NCBI GenBank assembly: GCA_964016885.1
Contig: OZ024742.1
Location: forward strand, 224,874,001 to 224,938,000
Reading direction: 5' to 3'
Length of the DNA stretch: 64,000 nucleotides
From: Eledone cirrhosa
Taxonomy: Eukaryota
The notes under the pieces are model-generated. The model worked only from the letters and a program-made list of their open reading frames with translations, was not told where the DNA came from and did no database searches. This document shows, in pieces, positions 53,453-64,000 of this stretch. The position numbers and the translations under genes are program-made. Within the stretch, counting starts at the first letter, position 1. Every line of letters starts with the position of its first letter.

Positions 53453-56400
53453 CTAGATTAATTAATAGATAGATATATTTCTTTTATTTGCCACTAGGGC
53501 ATCAAAAGTGGGACAAGTACAAAGGGGGGAGTTTACACAAAAAGGCGTCCTCAATAAGGAGAAGGCAATAACAAAATATAAAAATAAAATAAGATATAAC
53601 AAAAAATAAAATTTTTAACAAAGTCCTCAATAGAGAGGAGGCGCCTTGGGGGGTCGCACACACCCCCGAAAAAAGTGTGCAACCCTTCTCCTCAGGAGCA
53701 CAGAGAAGGGGTGCTCCCTTGGTCTTTCATCTTCCTCACCTATAGTCTGATGTAGAGTGAAGGCCCATTCACACGGGCCATTCTCGCCACTTTCACCCAT
53801 CTTTCATAGAAACGGCTGGGGTGCAGCACCTCTCTCTCCATCCTGATCCTTCTTCCGAAATGATATCGGAAGAAACGGACCAGTTGTTGGCCAGAGAGAA
53901 AGGTGCCCGACCTCAGTCCTTTCAGACGCGTCCACCATACAACCTCTTTCGCCATGGCTATTACGCACAGAAACACCGCCTCTGCTTCATCTTTGAAGGG
54001 GGGAGGCGGCTTGATCATTACAATAGACTCGGTGGTCAACCGGATCGGTCCCACCCTTGACAGCAGTTGTTCGACATAGCCCCACAGATCGGCTACGCCC
54101 GAGCAGTGTACTAATGCGTGTGCAACGGTTTCCTCGTCGCACACGCATCTGGGACAGATCTTTTTGGCGGGGTCCCTACCCGGGCGCCCGTGTCTGTAGA
54201 GCCTTTCTCGAACGGGTAAAGCCCCTCGGTAGCACTGCCAGGCCAGGGACTTCTGGAAGTTGTCCATAGGTCCCGGGCTGAATGTCCTACCGAACAGGCT
54301 GGCCAGTTCGTCCTCCTCCATGTCTAGGGCTTCTCCGAGGGCGTCGTCGCACCTGCTGCGTACCAGCCCTCTATAGAATGTTGCGGTGGAGTCTCCACTG
54401 ATAACCGGATCCGCCTGCCAGAGGGCGGTGAGCGCCTGGGCACACTCAGTGTGCCAGGCGCCCAGTTTTCTCGGTCTTTGCTTGACCCAGGATTGCAGCT
54501 CGGTGAGTGAGACGAGTCTGGGAAAGGTTCGTCTCACAAACGAGGCCCACACCGGCTGTCCGGTGAGGAATACGTAGAGGTGCCGTAGCCTTAATGCGTG
54601 TTTACGCATCATTAGCCACGGCATGCCCAGCCCTCCTTTCGAAGGGTGTTGACAGCAGATGGATCTCCTCACCATAGGAGCCCGCCTCTTCCAAAGGAAT
54701 TGGAAGAGCGCGCGCTCCATCTTGGTGAGGGTTTCCCTTGGGCAGGGCACTACGGTCAGGCGGTAGTAGATGACGGACGCTATGTAGGTGTTCGCCACCT
54801 CCGCCCGACCTTTCAGGGATAGTTTGCAACTGGCCCACTTCTGGGTCAGTGCAAACACCCTGTTCGTAACCTCCGCCCAGTTTTTCTCCACCTGGAGGTC
54901 CGGTCCGAACCAGACCCCGAGCAACTTCACCGGGCCCTCCGTCCAGCGTCCGACGACGCCATCGGAGGGCATCGGTCTGCCCCTCCACGTGCCGAGTTGC
55001 AAACCGATCGACTTGTCCCGGTTCAGCTTAGCCCCTGTGAACTTTTCGTACTCCTCCAGTAAGGTGCCGACCGCCTCGATTTCGGAGGCCGTCGACACCA
55101 TTACTGTCACGTCATCGGCGTAGGCCGACACCGCTTTCCGCAATCCCGGTTCCAAAGGGATGCCCTGCAACAACTCCAACTTCCGCAGTAGTGGCTCGAG
55201 AGTCAACACATACAGAAGGGAGGAGAGAGGGCACCCTTGTCGGATGGACCGCGCGATTTTGAACGGCTCCGAGAGGTAGCCGTTCACCTTGACCCTAGAG
55301 CAGATGCGGCTGCTGTGCATAGCAGTGATCCAGCCCCTGAAAACGGGTCCGAAGCCTGCCGCCGCTAGCACCGCATCCAGGTAACCATGGTCGACCCTAT
55401 CGAACGCCTTAGATTGATCCAAGTTGATCAGAGCCCCACCAAAGCCGGGTTCGTTCCCAACCCTCTCTATGATGTATCGCATGAGGTGGAGGTTGTCATG
55501 GATGGACCTGGACGGGATAGCGCATGTCTGCGCATCTCCCACCAGGTTGCCCACGACAAGCGCCAACCTCTTTGCTAGCACCTTGGCCAAAATCTGTAAC
55601 TCTGTATTTAGCAGAGTTATGGGCCTGAAGTTACTTATTTCGTCCCCCTTGTTCTCGTCCTTCCTCACTAGCGTGACTACGCCCTTGGTCACAGTACAGG
55701 GAATTCTCCCGTTCTGTTGCCAGTTGCAGTAGACCGCCTCGAGGAGATCGGGGAACAAGTCCGGCATAGCTAGATATAATTCGTAAGGAAGACCATCGAG
55801 ACCCGGGGATTTGCGTTTGCCGCATTGGCCCAGCACGTCCTCTATCTCAGCGGCCGAAATCGGCTCCTCGCAAGACTTCGCCTCCCTGTCCGAGAGGCGC
55901 GGCAGGCCGTCGAGGTATGGACCGAAGTCCACGTTTCCAACCGGCTCCCCGCCCCTCCCGAACAGTCGGGCAAAGTGCCTTTGAAAGGCCTCACACATCT
56001 GCTTAGGCTCAAGAATCGCCCGTCCATCCAGGTCTCGCAAAGACCGGATGGTGGATTTAGTTCCACTGTTGGCCTCTGTCACGCGGGCCCAGCTAACAGC
56101 TTTGGCCCCCTCGTTCCCTAGAGCACGTATTTTACTTCGGACAACGCAGCCTTCGTGCTTCGCGTCGAAAAACTGGCTCAAAGCCGTTCTCGACGCTAGC
56201 ACTCTGGCCACGTCGCCGCTTCTAATTGCCTCTTCTACTCTATCTATTAGCTCCCTTTCCTTCCTATTCCTATCCGCAGCTAGAACCTTACTAAATTCAA
56301 TCGAGACTACTCTAATCTCTCTCTTTAGAGATACCCACCACCTGCTGTTGACGATCGCTCCAGTCAACCGTTCCTTAACTAACGTACTAATCCGATTCCT

Positions 56401-56625
56401 GTAGGCTCTACTTGCCGGCAAGGACAAGTTGAGCTTCCAGTAACCGGGGCCCTGTCTATGCGTTCTATCAAGGTTGACCATGCAGGTCACCAACTTGTGG
56501 TCTGAATAGCCAACCATGAGCATTTCTGGACAACTTAAAAAGTCCCTGTCCTTATTTCTAACTAAAAATCTATCTAGGTACGATCTAGATGATCCGCTGC
56601 GATTTGACCAAGACCAGGTTGGCAA
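53453..56625 (-). mobile_element. 5'-truncated Tx1-clade LINE (M3)
   Basis: Truncated inside the APE domain at PTWSWSN; flanked by GATA repeats at ~53455-53475 and 56626-56649. Confidence 0.93.
53740..56625 (-). CDS. M3 ORF2, uninterrupted from the APE C-terminus through RT to the stop codon
   Basis: About 960 open codons: SYLDR, SDHK, GPGYWKLN, LDQSKAFD, QGCPLS, AYADD, CPRC..ETVAH..C. Confidence 0.9.
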   Translation of the reverse strand: MPTWSWSNRSGSSRSYLDRFLVRNKDRDFLSCPEMLMVGYSDHKLVTCMVNLDRTHRQGPGYWKLNLSLPASRAYRNRISTLVKERLTGAIVNSRWWVSLKREIRVVSIEFSKVLAADRNRKERELIDRVEEAIRSGDVARVLASRTALSQFFDAKHEGCVVRSKIRALGNEGAKAVSWARVTEANSGTKSTIRSLRDLDGRAILEPKQMCEAFQRHFARLFGRGGEPVGNVDFGPYLDGLPRLSDREAKSCEEPISAAEIEDVLGQCGKRKSPGLDGLPYELYLAMPDLFPDLLEAVYCNWQQNGRIPCTVTKGVVTLVRKDENKGDEISNFRPITLLNTELQILAKVLAKRLALVVGNLVGDAQTCAIPSRSIHDNLHLMRYIIERVGNEPGFGGALINLDQSKAFDRVDHGYLDAVLAAAGFGPVFRGWITAMHSSRICSRVKVNGYLSEPFKIARSIRQGCPLSSLLYVLTLEPLLRKLELLQGIPLEPGLRKAVSAYADDVTVMVSTASEIEAVGTLLEEYEKFTGAKLNRDKSIGLQLGTWRGRPMPSDGVVGRWTEGPVKLLGVWFGPDLQVEKNWAEVTNRVFALTQKWASCKLSLKGRAEVANTYIASVIYYRLTVVPCPRETLTKMERALFQFLWKRRAPMVRRSICCQHPSKGGLGMPWLMMRKHALRLRHLYVFLTGQPVWASFVRRTFPRLVSLTELQSWVKQRPRKLGAWHTECAQALTALWQADPVISGDSTATFYRGLVRSRCDDALGEALDMEEDELASLFGRTFSPGPMDNFQKSLAWQCYRGALPVRERLYRHGRPGRDPAKKICPRCVCDEETVAHALVHCSGVADLWGYVEQLLSRVGPIRLTTESIVMIKPPPPFKDEAEAVFLCVIAMAKEVVWWTRLKGLRSGTFLSGQQLVRFFRYHFGRRIRMEREVLHPSRFYERWVKVARMARVNGPSLYIRL

Positions 56626-58668
56626 GATAGATAGATAGATAGATAGATATCTTTCTTTATTTGCCACAGGGGCGTACAAAAATTGGACATTACAAAACGT
56701 GACGGCGGGGGTTTTACATAAAATCTTTAATAATTGTTTCTACTTTTAGCACAAGGCCAGCAATTAACCAGTGTATTACTGGTACTTTGTTTTATCGTCC
56801 CCGTAAGGATGAAAGGCAAAGTTAACCTTGGCGGGATTTGAACTCAGACCGTAAAGGGACGAAACTCTATGCTTCAAAGCATGGTGTCCGACTCTCTACC
56901 GATACTGCCAATCCAGATGAATAACAATAAACTATATATAAAATAAAACCATTGAAATCCACATTAGGGGGGAACGCTACTGTGGGGTTGTTTTACACCC
57001 CGTGGACAGAACAACCCTCAACACCAGGAACACGTTTTGTAGGTGTTCCCGTCTTTCCTCTGTTTATCTTCCTCAACCTACAGGTTTATATAGTGAAGGC
57101 CCATTCACTCGGTCCATTTTCGCCTCATTCATCCACCTTTCGGCGAATATTTTGAGAGAGAGGTGCTACACCCCTCTCTCCACTCTCACCTTCCTTCTGA
57201 AGTGGTACTTAAAGAAGGGGATGAGTTGTCCGGAGAGAAAGGTGTTTGCCCTCAGTCCTTTTAACCTCGTCCACCATATTACCTCTTTCGCCATAGCCAC
57301 CAGACAGAGGAAAACCGCTTCTCTATCATTCTTAAATGAAGGCGGCGGGGACTCGGCTGACAACTGGATGCGTCCCACACGTGACAGTAGCTGTTCAACA
57401 TAATTCCACAGGTCGGTCACCCCTGGGCACTGAACAATTGCGTTCAGAATGTTTTCGATGTCCTGCTCGCATCTTGGACAGGTCCTTTTGGCAGGATCTC
57501 TGCCAGGGCGTCCATGACTGTAGATTTTGTCTCGAACTGTTAGAGCTCCTCGGTAGCACTGCCAGGCCAGAGACCTCTGGAAGTTATCCATAGGCCCTGG
57601 ACAGAAAGTCCTCCCGAACAGACTGGCCAGTTCGTCCTCCTCGATGCTTAGAGTTTCCCCGACGACGTCCCCTATAGAATGTTGAAGTGGAGTGTCAGCT
57701 GATTGCCGTTTCCGCTTGGTAGTGGGCTGTGAGTGCCTGAAGGCACTCGAGGTGCCAGGCGCCCATTTTCGGTCTTCGCTTGACCCAGGACTGCAGCTCT
57801 GTTAGTGAGAGAAGTTGTGGAAGAGCTCGTCTCACAAATGACAGGAATCGCCGGTCAGGAATACCTGGAGATGACGTAGCCTCAGCGCGTGTTTGCCCAG
57901 CCTTCCGTTATAAGGGTGTTGACAGCAGATGGATCTCCTCACCAATGGAGCCTGTTTCTTCCAGAGGAACTTGAAGAGTAGGCGTTCCATTTTGGTGAGG
58001 TATTCGCGGGGACAAGGCACGACTGTCAAGCGGTAGTAGATGACGGACGCTATGTAAGTGTTCGCCACCTCCGCTTGACCTTTCAAGGAGAGTTTGCACT
58101 CAGCCCACTTCTGGGTGAGTGCAAACACCTTCACCGTGACCTCGTTCCAGTTCTTGTCCACCTGGAGGTCTGGACCAAACCAGACCCTGAGCAATTTCAC
58201 CGGTCCTTCCGTCCAGCATCCAACGACACTGTCGGAAGGCATGGGTTTGCCTCTCCATGTGCCGAGTTGCAAACCGACAGACTTGTTTGGGTTTAGTCTT
58301 GCTCCTGTCAACGTTTCGTATTCTGTAATAGGTTCCGATTACCCCGATTTCCGAGGTTTTCGACACCATTACGGTTACGTCGTCGGCACAGGCCGACGCT
58401 GCTTTCCGCAGCCCTGGTTCGATCGGGATGCCCTGCAACAGCTCCAACTTCCGCAGTAATGGCTCGAGAGTCGTGGTAGGCCATCGAGGTAGGAACTGAA
58501 GTCCATCACCTCGCTCGACGTACCACTTTGCCCAAACAGTTGTGCAAATGCTGCTGGAAGGCCGTGCACATCTGCTTGGATTCAAGTAGAATGCGTCCAT
58601 CTTTGTCTTGAAAAGACCGAATTGTGGATTTGTTGCCACTTTTCGCCTCTGCCACTCGGACCCAGCTA
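56626..58668 (-). mobile_element. Decayed, internally deleted Tx1-clade LINE (M4) with a SINE in its 3'UTR
   Basis: Fragments ACADDV, GLQLGTW, MDNFQRSLAWQCY; GATA repeats at 56626-56649 and 58670-58688. Confidence 0.88.
56728..56915 (-). mobile_element. Family-1 SINE nested in M4
   Basis: Reverse-complement consensus. Confidence 0.88.
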
Positions 58669-58855
58669 AATAGATAGATAGATAGATTATTGATGCTGTT
58701 TTTTCTTCAAACCACAATCAGTACCACCATTACTATTGCCAATATCACCACCATTATCACCATTATCATTACTGTCATCATAATTGTCACCATAATTATC
58801 ACAAAGATTACTGAAAAAAGTGTTTATTATTTTTTCAATTCACATTCGCATTTCT

Positions 58856-58885
<30 letters not shown>

Positions 58886-58890
<5 letters not shown>

Positions 58891-59262
58891 TTGCGAGGTT
58901 TTTGATATGAAATCGTGTGTCGAAACAAATATTGTTATACTTGGGAGGGTCATATTTGTGTAATATTGCCAGAATTAATAAGATGGCATAGAAAATACAA
59001 TGCAACGGGAGGAAACAATAGCACCACTGACGATGTTGCAGATGTGCAACGAAAGAACTTTGATAAACTATATATATGTGTTTGTGTCTATATTGCATCT
59101 GTATCATTTTTGACCGTTGGTCAGTCAATGGCAACATTGAGGACCGAATAAATTAGATTACCGATATAAAAGACACAGAAGCGAAAAGCGAAAACCAACC
59201 AAACAGTGAGTGTGTTCTGTTATTAATTCTGGCAATATTATACAAATATGATCCTCCCCACA
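58886..59262. mobile_element. Solo pLTR remnant of a Penelope family related to A/B, with inverted end
   Basis: Minus strand PKYNNICFDTRFHIKNLAK matches PKYNNIGFNTRFQIKNLAK; 58942-58981 is inverted at 59221-59260; both ends lie in (TA)n. Confidence 0.75.
59023..59064 (+). ncRNA. Minimal hammerhead (weak helix I)
   Basis: ca-CTGACGA-t-gttgca-gatg-tgcaac-GAAA-gaac-TT-tg. Confidence 0.65.
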
Positions 59263-59447
59263 TATATATATATATGTATATACATATATATATATATATA
59301 TAATGTGTATATTTATATACCCATTGGCACAGTCTCGGTTACACACTATATATACAGATATAATTTTATAGTACACTTCGACTGCTTGACCCACTTCTTA
59401 ATATATATCTTAATTAACTACCAACAACAGCGTTAATTATATACAAA

Positions 59448-59542
59448 TTAATTGTTTCTACTTTTGGCACAAGGCCAGCAATTACCCAGTACATTAATGG
59501 TACTTTATTTTATCGACCCCGTATGGATGAAAGGCAAAGTTA
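59448..59542 (-). mobile_element. 5'-truncated family-1 SINE
   Basis: Tail and core only; flanking direct repeat ttatatacaaattaat. Confidence 0.8.
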
Positions 59543-59642
59543 TATACAAATTAATACGTCCATTTCAGAATACTACTATGAGCGAATGGGTATATAACCC
59601 ATCGAATTCATGTTTCCTTGTGGTTGTTTAGATGACATAAAG

Positions 59643-59687
59643 ACTTTCTGATGATGACCCAACTAGGTCCGAAAATCGATTAAAGGT
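59643..59687 (+). ncRNA. Type I hammerhead ribozyme
   Basis: acttt-CTGATGA-t-gacc-caacta-ggtc-c-GAAA-atcgat-TA-aaggt; palindromic helix III AATCGATT. Confidence 0.82.
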
Positions 59688-59801
59688 GTATATCATTTTA
59701 TCAATTTACAGGGAAATTCGTATTTCTGGAATATTTACATGTCTGTATATTTAAAAATATGTATATCTATGTACACATTGGCCTATTTTCGGTTACCCAT
59801 T

Positions 59802-59907
<106 letters not shown>

Positions 59908-59931
59908 TGAGAGAAATACTATATATATATA

Positions 59932-60256
59932 TATATACTACTAAAACTCTATGATTGCATGCTTGCTTGTCTGTAATGTAATACAGCCAAAAGGGGGCAT
60001 AATGGGAAAATATTTTGAAAGGAATACAAATGGAATAAAACAAGTTTTGCGTAAATCGAGCACAAGTTCCCGAGATATGTGGTTTTATGGGTACCTTCAT
60101 AAAAAGCCAAAACGGGGCATAATGGGAAACCTTCATAATGGGAATACAAACGGAATAAAACAAATTTCGCATAAATCGGAACACAAGTTCCCGAGATACG
60201 CGTTTTGTTTTCGGGTCCTTGAACTATTGCTGACCCAACGGGTCACGGGTAGTTTG
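59932..60256 (+). mobile_element. Candidate non-autonomous Helitron-like element with two ~120-bp internal repeats
   Basis: Starts in (TA)n with tatactactaaaa; repeats at ~59986 and ~60106; subterminal hairpin tgaccc-aac-gggtca. Confidence 0.45.
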
Positions 60257-60284
60257 TATTTAATAAAAAAAATGTTTAAGGCTC

Positions 60285-60785
60285 GTTAGACCGGTGCTTA
60301 TCCCGGTTTCATGGCTTGAAGTGACTGAGAGTACAAGTCTTCCTCCTGGACAGGACACCAGTCCACCGTAGAGTTTAACCTCCATCTATTGCTGGTACTC
60401 ATTTTCAGCTGAGTATACTGGAGCAACGTGAAATGGAACACAACACGCAACACAGTCCAGGAAAAGTGGACATCCGTCGGTTTGGGCGATGTGTGTTCCA
60501 GTTGTTATATCAATAGAATAGCCTGTTCATGAAATTAAAGTGTGAGTGGCTGAGCATTACATAGACGTGTTTACAGTGTATGTAGTTCTCGGGGAGATTC
60601 AGCATGATACAGTATGTGTGCGTGACATGGCTGGCTCTTTAAATTAATGGTACAACTCATTTTTGTCATCTGGTTGAATTAGAACAATGTAAAACAATGT
60701 GTCTTGCTGAAGGATATACCGCAGTACTCGATTCAAGATTGGAACTCGTTACGGCCGGGAGCTTAATACCCTAACCACTAAGCTA
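60285..60785 (-). mobile_element. Family-2-type SINE remnants
   Basis: 60285-60460 is the reverse complement of parts of 32440-32620; 60470-60600 resembles 32232-32370; ends with ctaaccacta (head). Confidence 0.6.
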
Positions 60786-61081
60786 CGAAAAAAGCGCATG
60801 TATAAAACGCTGGCACGCACCAAAACAATAAATACATTGACAGAACATTGATAGATATTTCAGTAAACACACAAATTATACTGTTTTTATAGTTTTTTCT
60901 ACGTGTCTTATGACACATCAACAACGACCAAAGTTACGTGAGATCTTAAATACGTCTTAATTTGTTTCCCTGTTTCCAAATTTAGCAACGTTTTGTGTTT
61001 TTATATGTTCATTCTATCTTCCAGTATATACATATATATATATAAACACACATAAACACACATACACACATATATATATAA

Positions 61082-61114
<33 letters not shown>

Positions 61115-61158
61115 CGTATATGCACACATGCATATACGTGTGTGTGTATGAGTGTATT

Positions 61159-61195
<37 letters not shown>

Positions 61196-61451
61196 CTATA
61201 CGCGGTCTTTTTAGCAAAATATCTAATGACACTCAGTGTCTGGGGAATTGTCAGTATTTCTAGAGTGATTGAGAGTAACTGAGAAAAATAAGGCCCTGTT
61301 ATTCTTGTCTACTATTTTTATTCATAAGTTTAACCCCTTTTAAGGCGGCGAAGTGGTAGAATCGTTAAGGCGTCAAACTGAAAATGCCTTGGTATTTGCT
61401 CAAATCCTACGGAGCTCAACTTTGCCTTCATGCTTCCGAGATCGATAATGG

Positions 61452-61662
61452 TTTCTTATATAGGCACAAGGCCAGCAATTTTGGTGGAGGGGAAAGTCGA
61501 TTAAATCGACCTCAGTACGTGACTGGTACTTTATTTTATTGACCCCGTAAGGATGAAAGGCAACATTAACCTCGGCGCGATTTGAACTTAGATCATAAAG
61601 GGCCGTAACTCTATACTGCAAAGCATGGCGTCCGACCCTCTACCGATACTGCCAATCCACCA
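61452..61662 (-). mobile_element. Family-1 SINE (long variant) inserted into an older SINE, 16-bp TSD
   Basis: TSD ccgagatcgataatgg at 61436 and 61663. Confidence 0.88.
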
Positions 61663-62287
61663 CCGAGATCGATAATGGACGTGAAATCAATCTTTTTGTT
61701 ACCATATTTCTAATGAAAGACACTGCCTACCATCCTGGTACCGAAGTAGATTCTTACTCTTTCTCTCTCTCTCTCTCAGAAATCGACTGTGTTCAGGTTA
61801 AAAATACCAGGGCTGTGTCCTACGATTATGCTAAGGCGACACGTTAATTTCACATGCAGGCTGTTCCATTGTTCAGACAACTGAAACACTAGCCGGTGAA
61901 GCTGGAGGATGTCTAACAAGATATTTACCTATAGACGGTGAGAGAGGTTAGAGCGTCGGATTAAATACTCTGGTAATTATTCACTGCACTTTGAGTTCAA
62001 ATATCGCTGGTGCTTTTACTTTGTCTTTCACCCTTTCGGGTTCAATAAATCTATGGAGTGGTGGAGTAGTGAATTGGTGGAATAGTTAAAATGTTAGATG
62101 GGGCGCTTTGCAATATCTGATCCGGCTCAGAACGTTCTAAGTTCAATTCCCGCTTCTTACTGTCAATTGTGACAGTATCAACAACGGAAACACCAATTGA
62201 AACATGGTTTCTTTGCTCAAATCTGACGATCAGCTCCTTTCTCATTATTTCCTTTCTTTTGTATATATTTATCTAAAAATATTCCAT

Positions 62288-62452
62288 TATAATTGTTTCT
62301 ACTTTTGGCACAAGGCCAGCAATTATCCCAGTTTATTACTGGTACTTTATTTTATCGACCCCGTAAGGATGAAAGGCAAAGTTAACCTCGGCGGGATTTG
62401 AACTCAGTCCGTAAAGGGACGTAACTGTGCTGCAAAGCATGGCACCCGACCC
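62288..62452 (-). mobile_element. Family-1 SINE, slightly 5'-truncated
   Basis: Reverse-complement consensus. Confidence 0.85.
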
Positions 62453-62454
62453 TT

Positions 62455-62889
62455 TCACTTAAAAACCTTTGTTAAGTTACGTTGCAAACACCAGATAAAT
62501 AATGAGAAAGTTAGTTAAATCACTAAATCTTTTCTAATTCTTGATCGGAGCGGTCCGTCTGAGGAGGGAGCCCCGCGGGGTTGGATGGCTGTTGCAGCGA
62601 GTGCCACTGGCCATCATCCTGGGGAATGCTTTTGCCATCTTGTCCGCGCGGCGCCGCACTTCTGCCCTGTGGTCCTAGGCCCAAAGCCCAACCACCCTCC
62701 CCCTTCTTCTCTCCTTTCTCTTCTGCGACACCAGAGTTCTTGCCACCCCATCTCCTTACCGTTCTTTTTCTTCTTTCTTTCTATCCTTTTTTTTCTATAT
62801 TTCCTTATTCTTTCTTTCCTTTACCCCCCCCCCCCCCCCCGCCTCCCCTCTGTATTGAAAATGAACATTTCTATCTCCAAAAAAAAAAG
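62455..62889 (+). mobile_element. Possible LINE 3' fragment ending in poly(A)
   Basis: GC-rich block, pyrimidine tract, then an A run at ~62879-62888; no diagnostic protein motif. Confidence 0.3.
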
Positions 62890-62977
62890 TTCTTGATTAT
62901 ATTCAAAATGTTTGAAAATTATAGGCAGTGTATTTCATTAGAAATATGGTAACGAAACTGATTTCCTGTCCATTATC

Positions 62978-64000
62978 GTTAGTGTTATTGATGTTGGTGG
63001 TGATGGTAGTGGTGGTGTTGTGCTTATCATAGCTGGTTGTGTTAGTGTTATTGATGTTGGTGGTGATGGTGGTGGTGGTGTTGTGCTTATCATAGCTGGT
63101 TGTGTTAGTGTTATTGATGTTGGTGGTGATGGTGGTGGTGGTGTTGTGCTTATCATAGCTGGTTGTGTTAGTGTTATTGATGTTGGTGGTGATGGTGGTG
63201 GTGGTGTTGTGCTTATCATAGCTGGTTGTGTTAGTGTTATTGATGTTGGTGGTGATGGTGGTGGTGGTGTTGTGCTTATCATAGCTGGTTGTGTTAGTGT
63301 TATTGATGTTGGTGGTGATGGTGGTGGTGGTGTTGTGCTTATCATAGCTGGTTGTGTTAGTGTTATTGATGTTGGTGGTGATGGTGGTGGTGGTGTTGTG
63401 CTTATCATAGCTGGTTGTGTTAGTGTTATTGATGTTGGTGGTGATGGTGGTGGTGGTGTTGTGCTTATCATAGCTGGTTGTGTTAGTGTTATTGATGTTG
63501 GTGGTGATGGTGGTGGTGGTGTTGTGCTTATCATAGCTGGTTGTGTTAGTGTTATTGATGTTGGTGGTGATGGTGGTGGTGGTGTTGTGCTTATCATAGC
63601 TGGTTGTGTTAGTGTTATTGATGTTGGTGGTGATGGTGGTGGTGGTGTTGTGCTTATCATAGCTGGTTGTGTTAGTGTTATTGATGTTGGTGGTGATGGT
63701 GGTGGTGGTGTTGTGCTTATCATAGCTGGTTGTGTTAGTGTTATTGATGTTGGTGGTGATGGTGGTGGTGGTGTTGTGCTTATCATAGCTGGTTGTGTTA
63801 GTGTTATTGATGTTGGTGGTGATGGTGGTGGTGGTGTTGTGCTTATCATAGCTGGTTGTGTTAGTGTTATTGATGTTGGTGGTGATGGTGGTGGTGGTGT
63901 TGTGCTTATCATAGCTGGTTGTGTTAGTGTTATTGATGTTGGTGGTGATGGTGGTGGTGGTGTTGTGCTTATCATAGCTGGTTGTGTTAGTGTTATTGAT
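62978..64000. repeat. Homogeneous 63-bp minisatellite (at least 16 copies, runs off the window)
   Basis: Unit gttagtgttattgatgttggtggtgatggtggtggtggtgttgtgcttatcatagctggttgt; one minus frame is open (MISTTPPPPSPPTSITLTQPA). Confidence 0.97.

Noticed and set aside
56626-56679. N-terminus MYAPVANKERYLSIYLSI of the 979-aa ORF
   Set aside because: It comes from the M4 3' end and (TCTA)n tail read in frame by chance, and is not part of ORF2.
62978-64000. CRISPR array
   Set aside because: Identical contiguous units with no unique spacers, a eukaryotic context and no cas genes.

Overview
Animal genomic DNA, AT-rich and dominated by (TA)n, (CA)n, (GA)n and (ACC)n simple repeats. The repeat content looks like an octopus or other coleoid cephalopod (inference only). 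I found no convincing host gene; the window is a retroelement graveyard. It holds: (1) a head-to-head inverted pair of Penelope-like elements (RT + GIY-YIG, 5.3-13.0 kb) whose pseudo-LTRs carry hammerhead ribozymes; (2) about a dozen type I hammerhead motifs from several families, some inside fold-back palindromes at (TA)n tracts; (3) two chains of Tx1-clade LINEs, a plus-strand chain joined by (ATT)n and a minus-strand chain joined by (TCTA)n; (4) an R4/Dong-type LINE with an inverted centre; (5) many tRNA-derived SINEs; (6) two minisatellites with 63-bp units. The most interesting signals are the microsatellite-specific self-stacking Tx1 lineages, a SINE tail matching the (ATT)n Tx1 3' end, a 5' splice-site motif 37-39 nt upstream of ORF2 in all three full-length Tx1 copies, an in-frame TGA inside the GIY-YIG domain of both Penelope copies, and a 646-bp retrozyme-like unit. 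Coordinates were read by eye and boundaries are approximate.
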